64,000 nucleotides of DNA from positions 25,426,401 to 25,490,400 of the forward strand of contig CM120641.1 of the NCBI GenBank assembly GCA_051362555.1, written 5' to 3'. Made by a program: the position numbers and the translations under genes. The notes beneath the pieces were generated by a model. It ran no database searches, was not told the DNA's origin, and worked only from the letters and a program-made list of their open reading frames with translations. The stretch comes from Lingula anatina (lineage: Eukaryota > Animalia > Brachiopoda). Below, one piece after another: positions 53,801-64,000 of this stretch; the stretch's first letter is position 1; each line of letters starts with the position of its first letter.

Positions 53801-56688
53801 CCATCATAGAACGACATGCTAATAACGAGTTACACGACGCCAAACGAAAGATGATATAAGAAGTATATATATGTAGCTACCCACATTCAACTGGTTAAAC
53901 CCTGCTTTGACTGACTTTCAGTTGCGTTAACTGGTTAAACTGATTCATCGTCTAATCTGGGTTTTGTTTACTAGTTCATTTGATTCACGTGATTCTGAAT
54001 TTCCAGCGTAACATACATACATACATACATACATACATACTTTGATATAAATCATATTTTCCGTTGATTACACGTAAAACGCCGTTTTGGGTACCGTTCG
54101 TCCGATATGCTGTAAAGCCACTTCGGCGAGAATTGTTGTTTACAGTCAATTTCAAAACGCTTGTATTATACATTATTCTTTGGAGACTTGTGTTCTGTAC
54201 AAATAAGGTTTCTTTCGAACAAAAAGTATTTCCCAGTTACGTGGATTGAGAGTTAATAGCACTCGGTAGATCTATGGCAGTGATGAAATATTGTACTGTA
54301 GCCTATCCCTTAACTCTGATGGAGATACATGTAAATTCTGAGTGTTGTTACCATTACTCCGTACAGGGCAGTATAAATGTTCCTTTTTCCTTATTCGTCA
54401 TGGCACACGAATCACCCGGCAATGATCAGCTTTAATTTTTCACACCTGTCCTTATAAAAAAATATTTTTAAATACAGAGACAGGCACATGGTATTTGTTA
54501 TAAACCAAAGAATGCCATTCACTTAGCGAAAGTTGTGAAAACGTGTGTCAGGAAGGCAACTTAGCATAATTACAGGCCTAAGGGGAGAAGGATCGCTCTT
54601 TTGGCCTGTAAGAAAAAAATGTGATGAACAGGAATCTTCATTTTTGATAGTCAGCAGCTCTAAGATAGACAGAAATCTAAAAATTAGCAATTTTTAAAGC
54701 CTGTCTCAGTTCATTTATTAATGAGAAACAGAACCCACAGGACCTGGATGACCTAAAAAAGCAACATGGGTATTTTATCCACACATTAATTTCAAGTCAA
54801 ATGGCCTCAGTGATTTAAAGTGAAGCAAGAAGATTCTTTATGATGTGACTGTTATTATATTATAGTGAGCGGTCGCAACTGAGCACTTCGAATTCGGTGT
54901 GAGACGCCGCAGAGCGCGCCTATTGCACGACAGCGTCTCCTGAGAGTTGACTGATTGCAGCATGTAGTATGTTCACTATCCCAAAAGACAAAGTGGGTCT
55001 ACTTGATAGCCCAGTTGGCAACCGTTACTGCGTCAACAAAGGATTTTTCTCTTGGATCTCCAAATCTTCAAAAGACAAAACACTTGATAGCCCGGCCAGT
55101 TGACAACTACCAACAAGACAAATTAAAAGCAGTGATCTAGATTTCGATGACATTTAAATGCATCTTCGTGTGAAAGTGCAATATAGCATCCACCCTTTCG
55201 TTTTACAATAATCTAAACAAAGCAATACCTGCATAGACGATTGTTTGATCTTCAAATGACGACTTTTTATTCGAGTTTTTGTGGATCGGCGTTCGATTTA
55301 TAGTACGTGAATGTACATGTAGTTATTATTTCAGCGTCAAAGATTCACAAATGTTATCAGAGGGCTTACAAAATATTACAGTTCAACCATATAATAATAC
55401 CATAAAACATAATATTGCCTTAGTATTGTATTATCAATTCTGGTCCATGTGGGTTCATTTACTAGTGTGATTTACGACCGGAACACGGCTTGATGTAAGG
55501 TCAGGGAAATTTGAGGTCACACATGAGGTCACTTTTGAGGTCACAAAAGGAGTTTGGCAAGATGACAGGATGGCGCTACTGCAAAAAAATGATAATGATA
55601 ATAAATAAATAAATAAATAAATAAGCGATTAATAAATAATACATAAAATAAATATTAAACACGCCATAAAAAGTTGGCCTTTAGCACAACCATGGCGTTC
55701 TACAGAGCCAAGACAACAAGCCGTATTTAAGCGCCAACTCGATAAATGCTTTTTACAAAGTTACAGAACGTCACATTTGAATGTCAGCGAGGTGAAATAT
55801 AATGTTCACTCAGTTTTCTATCTTCGCTTACACCAAGCTTCATCTCGTAGCCTTTTTCAACAAAGAACATCGCGTCATAGGTAATTTTTGTCTGGTATTC
55901 AAGCCATAAAGCAGGTTTGGATTTAAATCCTCAAATTGCTTTTTATGGGGTCATTGTTATTTCACCGCAGTGTGATTTGGTACATTCATTTGAAGTGTTT
56001 TAGGGTACTTAATTGTAAACTTGTGAAACAATACCTCGCAGTGTGACGCTTGGAGCAAAAGTAAAGAAGGACACGTTTCCTTTGTTGGAAGTTGAAAAAA
56101 ATATTTCCAACAATTTTTCCTCAGACCAGATGACATATCTTATGTATTGTACCGAGTACAACGTAGAGGAGGCGGTTAAGCCAAATACGTATCCAGGCAA
56201 TACGCTTTTTGTTGAAGGTAAATATAGATAGGAAACGTTTAATTTAGTTACAGGTTTTTAAAATATTTTTCCTTGTGTTCCGTTTGAGAGAGACAGAGGG
56301 GGGGGGAGAGAGAAAAAGAGAGAGAGAGAATCATATTTTGATTAAGTTATCCAATAGTTAACTTATACAATACTGAAAGATATATAAGAATATTGAAAGA
56401 TATAAAAAAAAGTAAAATTTCACACGTGGGCGGAAATTCACCTTCTGGCGTCCTTGTTGTTGTTAATGTTGAGGTTTTCGTACCATCCTTTGGCTTATTG
56501 ACAATAAACAAGCTAACTTTTCTAATGACCCATCCTTCACATTTGCGCCTCGTTTCCGATATACCCAAAATGTTGAGGTGTCTGGCCTTGGAATAGTCAG
56601 TGTACATCAGGTGCACGTGGTAAAGATGAGACTTCTACCGTGTAACCAAGCCTGTGCTACAGTTCGTGGGGTGACAATACACCCTTGA

Positions 56689-57001
56689 GGCTCTGTCACA
56701 CCTAGCGTAAAGAGGTACGTAACCTTGAGTGTCGTGCGTGAAATCAGTTATACGTACAACTTTGAGCCTATGATATAACTCTCTTCCCAGCGTATTAAAA
56801 TGAAGAGCAGCGGATGAAATCGGTTTTGATCATGCTCAAAACATTTTAACATTTTATCTCCCTCTTGGAATGCGAACGTATACCAACGTTTTCCTGCGTA
56901 CTTGAGACGTATACTGCGTAATAAACAAACCCATGCGTTTCCTTGCGTATGGGCATTTTTTCTCAAACGTTTTAGTGCTATGCGCTAGATGTGACAGTTT
57001 C
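56689..57001. mobile_element. ~310 bp degenerate MITE
   Basis: Inverted ends CTGTCACACCTAGCG...CGCTAGATGTGACAG. Central imperfect palindrome TTTTGATCATGCTCAAAA at ~56824-56841. Confidence 0.7.
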
Positions 57002-57148
57002 TCTAGCAGGGATACAGAGCGTAACCATATATCATAACTATTAGACTATGTTTATCCGACCTAATAATTCTTGAACTTCATAATCGTGCAGTGCAAAAAT
57101 TTTAGGCTCTCTTAGCAGTACTGATGTATTTTCAGGCATCCCGGTGAG

Positions 57149-60100
57149 ATGGACAAGGAGGAGGAAATCAAATTGAACAGCGGCAAGGAAAATGAGTCCG
57201 GCGTCCACCCCACACCAGTTGTTAGGGGTGTGGGGCGTCCACGCAAAAGACGCTGCAAAGACGTCAAAGACTACGGCTGGGCTTGGGTTGTGTGCTTTGG
57301 CTCTTTTGTTATAAACTTTTTGGCCGATGGGATTTTATTCTCATTTGGTGTGCTGTATCTAGAATTGTTGGACTATTTCGGGGCGTCGAAGGCTGTGACA
57401 GCTGCGGTCGGATCGACCACCATGGGAATGCACATGCTTGCAGGTATGGCGTTCTTTTTTATTTTTATTTTTTTCTATTTATTTTTTTATGTTACTAGGC
57501 TTTACGTAGGCTTTGTGTAAAAACAAATGTTTTATTGCTTTCTGTCGAGCAATAATTCAGCCCAATGACCAGAGCTAAAGGCGAAATATGGCCACGATTT
57601 ACATAATATGAGCATAAATGGACTGCCTCTTATAATTTATGTCCATTTGTATCAGCAAATCCTTTTTACGCTTGATCGCATGTGCGTGAAATTATCTTCT
57701 CCAATCATCACACGGCTGCAGTTCGCGTCAGGTCAACAAGAAAGTGCTGTGGTCTTCTAAAACCGTCTCATTTTAGATAAAGCTGTGTAGTTTACACAGG
57801 GGTTTCATGTGCTTCACTTGTGGGGAACCCCCTTAAGACCGTCCCGGGGCCCCACATTACATAAAATACCCTTTTAATATTAAAACCCTAAGGGTTGGGG
57901 TCCAATGGGCTCCCATCTTTGGATAACGCTATCTGTAATACTGCTACAGAGATTCCCAGGTTCTTTGTCTCATATTCTGCACACGGAAAAGAATGAAACG
58001 ACTCCATGTTGTAACTTCAACAGAATATATTTTGCTACACTAAAAGTTACATGATACAAGTATGACTTCTCTCTCCTCCTCTCTCCATCTCTCTAGATTT
58101 AAGTTTACAGATATTTATACAAAACTTTATCAGTTAAACTGTCCATCACAGAACTTAAAAACTGATTGGTTACTTCATACACAAGGCCACCTTCTTCCAG
58201 GTGGGCACTCCTAATAACACCCTGTAATCTAGTTCTAACAGACTAGGATCCATATTTTGGATCCTAGTAACAGATTACTGGCTTCGGAACAAAGGACATT
58301 AAAATTTGAACTGCAAGGTGTGAAGCATTATCTGAATAACTTGTACAACTTGACTTCCCATGTCTGAATTTTATCAAACAATGGCTTCCTCTGATTGAGT
58401 TAATACAACATCATGTATGAAAGTTTTAAAATTACTATTTACACTTTTTCCATACTTTGGTTCCTGACATATTCCTCCTTTTTTGTGCAAACCTGTATGA
58501 GTAACCCCTCAGGAGAGAATAAGAAAATTAAGCAAGGTTGAAGATGAGGTTCATGATATGACGTGTATTTAATATAACTAAAATGTATACACACACATTA
58601 ATACCCAGGAAAAATTCCGCTTTCTTAAGAATTCACAGCAGAAATGATAAAGAAAAATGACCAACTTAGTAGATGAATGTAGTCAGTCAAACAAATGTGG
58701 TATATCTACTAGTTTGTTACTGTGTAAAACAGTATTCCTCTGTATATCTAAGTCTGATACCATTTGTGGTTATGGTGTAGAATTTAAAACACACCTTCGG
58801 AGTGTATGTTTATTTCTTTAGAAATAAATAAATAAAGTTTAAATCTTAAACTTTCAACGAGCTTTTCTCAGTGAATTAAAGCTTGGAACAATAAAACGTA
58901 TCTTTGTATTTTATTCGTCCAAGATGAAGGCCATCTTTGATGAAATCGCAATAGTCACGTCACAGTTATGGGTCTTCTACTCTAGTATATGAAGATAAGT
59001 TTTGTGAGCTTTTTTAAAACAACATTTTCTGATGTGAAATGATAGAATAAGAGGGGCAGGAGGAGGTGATAAGATACACACCTTGAGTTTCAAGGTTAAC
59101 TCTCTCTTTACCGCGTACACCTCTTGTCGTCGTTGCTGGACTGCAACAGAAAGCGTATGCTGTCCAGCAAAGAACGCTGTTAGATCTTGAAACACAGGGT
59201 GAAGGTGGGAGGAAAAGGGATATTTGGTGCTTGTTTTTACCAACTACCCGTAGTCCTCATGCGCGTAAAAAACACTCCGTTGAGACGTTATACTGATCCA
59301 AGCCAGGATTCTGAACGCATTCTAGGTGCATAAATCGCTTTGAAAATTAAGCGGGTCACGGCACGAGTCTTGTGCCAATGTATCCTCCATTATGCATACT
59401 TCTAGATAAAAGTTACATATTGAAATAAAGTAAGATTTATAAAGGTTTGTGAGGGGGAGTCAAAATTTCATGGGGGGAGTCAGATTTTCATTATGAAATT
59501 TTGACTGGGGGAGTCAGATTTTCATGTTACACCGGGAATATTCGTTAAATATGTGTTTTTGGCGAGGAAATTCTGGCTTGGAAGGCGGTAAAGTCTGGTT
59601 TTTCAAACTGTGTTGCACCGTTCAAAAATGATTTGATAAACTAAAAACCAAATTTAACTGAGAAGCAAATCAACAAAATGAGTTATCAACGAATAAAAAG
59701 CTAAATTAAAAATAAACGAAAATGGAAATAATATATAAGTGCACTAACAATTAGATATTTACTAGTACAAAAATCAATGAAACCAGCGCGTTAGAGAAAG
59801 CGATGTTACTCAAGTATCTGTTCTTTCCATATATATATGTATGTTTATACTGTTTAAGATGGGGTTGGCAGGTTGTGCCCCAACTGATGACTACTGGGCT
59901 AATCTCAGTAATGTATTCTGTCTAAATTTGTGCAGTTACGCTGAGGTCATCCCCCAGCTAATGCCTGCTGGGAATAATGTATTATCTCTTAAGGCTACTG
60001 TAAGCCTTTATCATAATTCACATACCGAAAATGAGGTTTTTACTGCATCTAATTATTCAATAATGTATCTTTGTGTTGATTTAAAACATTGAAATCCCCT

Positions 60101-63100
60101 CTAAAATATAGAACATCGGCGTTTATAGGCAACTCAAAGCTTTAATCGTCAATTTAACACCTTTCTATTTTGAGGAGAGATAGCAATCGATATGGGCGTT
60201 ACTTCCCCCCTGAACAAGATTTCATCACGAAAATTGGCATAGTTGACCACAACTTTACGTGCTACAATCCTGTGTCGTCACTTTGGTTTAATTGTTTTTA
60301 TTATGACGTTTTGAGCCCCTAATTGCAGCTTTTCATTAATCAAAGGCATTACTTTGCCTTATCAATGATAAAATCCGAACAAAGCCATTAAACCGGTGTT
60401 CGTGGGTGCTCAGGTACAGGAGAAATTTGAGAAACCCGTAAGATCAAATGTGTGTAAATGTTAATTAATTTAGTCGCTGAACACTGAAGATTCATCTGTT
60501 ATCCAAAAGAAAGTATGTAAGACATCACATAAGGATTTTTTGGCAAAAGCTAGCAATACCCTTAATTTGTGCAGTTATGCTTAGGTCATGCCCCAGCTGA
60601 TGCCTGCTGGGAATAATGTATTATCTCCTAATTGTGCAGTTATACTGAGGTAATGTCCAGCTGATGGTTGCTGAGCCTATTGTAAGTTCTCTTAACGGGC
60701 ATAACTGACTTGCATAACTGAAGTTATGTCCCAGACACAGACTCTCACTTTGAAAACCCAGCGCCCGCCAGGTCTTAGAAATGTAAGACTGGGTTCCCAT
60801 ACTTAGATCGATGTAACAGGATCGATCCATCTCCAAGGGGTTTCTCGCTAAATTACTTTCAACTTAAGTGGCTTAGATGTCTGGCACGCCTACCGAAGCT
60901 GCTAAATGATAATTAATTACCCCCTAGCAGCTTCAGTAGGCGTGACAGACATCTAAGCCGCTTAAGTTGATTGCTATTTAGCGAAAATCCCCTGGGAGAT
61001 AGATCGATCCACAGTTAGTACGATAGGGTCTGGGAATGGTCCCTAAAACTCTCCGTCTTGTCCGTTGTTACATTGGGCCTCATGTCTTCCCTCAAAACTC
61101 GCTTAGTAAAACTGAGCCCACCATGCAGTAAATGTGGTAGTCCTATAAGATCAAATCAAAACATGATGGTGTGTTGGATTGACTGCAGACTTCAAGCCCT
61201 GACACCTATGGTGGCCACTTAGTGAAAAATTGAACTTCACCATTTGGATGTCGTATTTGACTGTTTTGGATATTTCAAATTCGGCCAACTGATTTAAGGA
61301 TAAGGTCACTCATTCACTCAACTATCAAATCAAGCGTATTTCTTATGATATAATTGACTGCACTCGATAGTATTACTTTTAAGCGCTAAAAAATGAAAAC
61401 AGACAGATCAAAGAGTACTTCTCTTTTCCCAAATAAAAAGGTGGATTAAAACAAGGAAGAAAAACAAATTCCAAGGACCCCAAACTGCACCCTTTCTTCA
61501 AACATAGGAGGTGAGGGGATGGGGGAGGAGAGAGTAAACTTTTTCTTATGCTCTTACTTAGCCCTGCTCATAAGGCAACATTGCAGCTATTGTTTTTTAA
61601 AATGAATTGTTCACCGAAATGCCGCCTCACTTAATTTAAATTAATTCCATGTTTTGAATGAATATCCAGATTATTCAACGCTCATTTTATATCGGATTGC
61701 CTTTTTCAGGACCACTGGTTAGCGCATTGGTGAACAGATTTGGCTGCCGCCGAGTGACTATCACGGGGAGTTTACTAGCGTCGTTCTCAATATTCGTCAG
61801 CACTTTCTCCCCCAACATCTACATCATGATAGTGACCCTGGGGTTCTTGACCGGTAAGGTGGCCCACATCGGACCGTACAAAGCCGGCTTCTTATTTCTA
61901 CGTTCGCCTCGTCCTAGGAAAGGGGTATTGCTTTCTATTCTTGCAACGGTTATTTTTCCAGTTTTTATTTCTTGGTTAAAGAACTTGGTCTCTCTTTTCT
62001 CTGTTTCTGTGTTTAAGTTTGAGACACTTTTATATAAAGTAATGGTTGCCAAAAGTTCGTATTTGGTCTCTTTAAAATCGTTCATTTGAATACCTCCATT
62101 TGATACTCAACTCTATTAATTGATACAGATGTCTTATTTCTTGGCGACATGTTGTGTTTTAGGTCTTGGGATAGGCATGATGTACATCCCTGCCATCATC
62201 ATAATTGGATTTTATTTTGAACGACGCCGGGCACTTGCTAATGGACTAGGGATGTGCGGTTCTGGCATCGGGTTCTTTGCGTATGCGCCTCTCACGAAGT
62301 ACCTGTTCGAGATATTCTATTGGAAAGGTGGTCTGATTATCATAGCCGGTATAACCCTGCACGGAGTTATTTCTGGGGCCGTCTACAGGACTATCGAGGA
62401 GGACGATGAGGAGGACGAAAGCGATCTCACTACGAAGTCACGTACGCTACATTTGCAAACAGACGGTGCACCAAAACCAGTGGATACGTTTGACACCGGG
62501 CTGAGCGGGGCAGAGCACCCTTTCTCCTCGCTTCGTTCCTTGAATATCAACAATTATCCTTGGGACGAGAAGCCCCATAAAAATTTTCTGTCTAATCCTC
62601 AGGTCAACAGGGTAAAAATGGAACATTTTAACTCAAGCAGACCCCCGAACGCCCCAAACTCAATGGTGACACTTTCGCAAGACCGTGACAATACAGAAGC
62701 GCGCACATCAGGCAAAAAAATGTTACCAAAACACAATCACAGGCTAAGTCATTCACGACGTTCTTTGAACTCAAATTCAAGACTCGGGCCCTTGTACAGA
62801 AAAGACATTTTCTACAGTGGAAGTATAATGAATCTGAAGGAATATAAAGAAAGTTCTAGCATCAACTCATTCAAACACAGTATGAGCAATTTGCCACTCG
62901 AGGAAAGTCCAGAACAAGTTGACTCGTCCACGTTCAAGGATGTCCTTGTAATGATGTTAGACCCAGTACTATTTAAGAATCCAGTTTTCGTTGTCCTAGC
63001 AATTTCACACTTTTTATGGACAGGTAAACTGCCTTTTGAGCGTCAGCAAATTTTTCACATGAAAACCAGTTTTGTGAACCTAACAACCCATGAAAATCTC

Positions 63101-64000
63101 ACATTTTTTGTCGGCAGGTGTAAAGTCTTTTATTGTAGTACTGGTAGTTACCCTACTATACCGTTTGCACAGGTCGCATTATTGACCTCTAACTACATAG
63201 TTCGGTCGCCAGTATATGACACACATTTTGTATTCTTTTATTTATTCATTCACTATACCACTATCTTTCTAACACGCAAAGTGAGCATATGGCATCTTTA
63301 ACAAAAGCTTGGTCTTATTTTTAACCTATAGTTAATACAGAAAACATACTACTGTCCTATAATCTTATTGCTCGGAGAAAAGCCTCCACCACTCTCTTCA
63401 AGAGCACTTTTTTGTCTTTGAACGATTTTAATTTTACACCCCTTTTCCATACACCCCATTCTCATAGATTAGATCGACCTACTTTAGATCGACCTAACTC
63501 CCTGGGGGTTCACGCTAAATAGCTGTCAGCCGGGCGGACACGAAAGTTAATTACCCCCTTACAGCTTGTAGTAGGCGGGACGGACATTTAAGTCGGATTA
63601 TCTGAAAGTAATCTAGTGAGACTCCCCGCGGGGATAGATCGATCTAAAATCTATGGGAATAGAGCCTTAGTGCAGTACTGAAAATCTCCAGTATAGATTC
63701 GTTTGATATATAACGATGACAAGATTAATCTCAAGAAGCGCACTGCCTTTAAAATTCTAAAATTCATTTTCTTTTATTTCTGTATTTACCCATGACACTT
63801 TTGGCACCACGCTATGTGTAAGATTTAATTAAGATTGCTCTTTACAGCTCAAACGACGCCATTCACCTACATTGGCGACCATGCCGTGCACCATGGTATG
63901 AACAAACAGCATGCCGCCTTCCTGCTCATGTGCTCGGGGATCACATCCACCATCAGCAGAGTGGTCATGGGTCTAGTGGCGGACTGCCAGCGAGTAGACC
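57149..64000 (+). CDS. Monocarboxylate transporter (SLC16/MFS family), 3'-incomplete
   Basis: Coding exons 57149-57443, 61710-61853, 62163-63023 and 63848->64000. Motifs DYGWAWVVCFGSF, GPLVSALVNRFGCRRV and YFERRRALANGL..CGSGIG. Large central loop with RKDIFYSGS, as in invertebrate MCTs. Confidence 0.92.
58007..58490 (-). mobile_element. Probable 3' LTR (463 bp) with polypurine tract of a truncated LTR retrotransposon
   Basis: On the minus strand AAAAAAGGAGGAATA directly precedes TGTCAGG (58469). The segment ends TTACAACA (58007) and has an internal TATAAATA at ~58112-58119. Confidence 0.55.
59453..59535. repeat. Short tandem GGGGGAGTCA(A/G)A(A/T)TTTCA motifs ending TTACACCGG; probable end of a non-autonomous DNA transposon
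   Basis: Three direct copies and one inverted copy of the motif. The opposite terminus was not found. Confidence 0.5.
59925..60665 (+). repeat. Dispersed ~65 bp direct repeat
   Basis: AATTTGTGCAGTTA(C/T)GCT...GGGAATAATGTATTATCTC at ~59925 and ~60564, with a degenerate third copy at ~60631. Confidence 0.85.
60790..61043. mobile_element. Fold-back MITE, distantly related to the 6898/63448 element
   Basis: ~86 bp inverted arms (60819-60904 vs 60925-61010). Shares CGCTAAAT, TTAATTACCCC, GTAGGCG and GATAGATCGATC blocks with the 6898/63448 family. Confidence 0.85.
63448..63672. mobile_element. Second copy of the ~220 bp MITE seen at 6898
   Basis: Highly similar along its whole length to 6898-7122. 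Confidence 0.88.

Noticed and set aside
49411-56616. Numerous 60-90 aa ORFs between FARSB and the MCT gene
   Set aside because: No recognisable homology, many non-ATG starts, and lengths expected by chance.

Overview
AT-rich eukaryotic genomic DNA with spliced genes, from an invertebrate animal (probably a lophotrochozoan or mollusc; this is inference). Left to right: (1) 1-24650 is a nested tandem duplication. Eight copies of a ~1.37 kb cassette holding the JMJD4 upstream region, a putative non-coding exon and the start of the first coding exon alternate with three copies of a ~2.4 kb block holding the last three IFT43 exons. Individual copies carry private MITE or LINE insertions and inversions. 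(2) A complete 9-exon IFT43 gene (- strand) has a 4.8 kb 5'-truncated L1/Tx1-type LINE in intron 7. (3) A ~20-exon CDC27 gene (- strand) has an intron almost filled by an intronless, same-strand B3GALNT2 gene. (4) FARSB (+ strand) lies head-to-head with CDC27 and contains one GC-AG intron and one AT-AC minor-spliceosome (U12) intron. (5) An SLC16/MCT transporter (+ strand) runs off the right edge, with MITEs and an LTR remnant in and near it. Exon structures were worked out by hand, so boundaries may be off by a few nt. No rRNA, tRNA or CRISPR array was seen.
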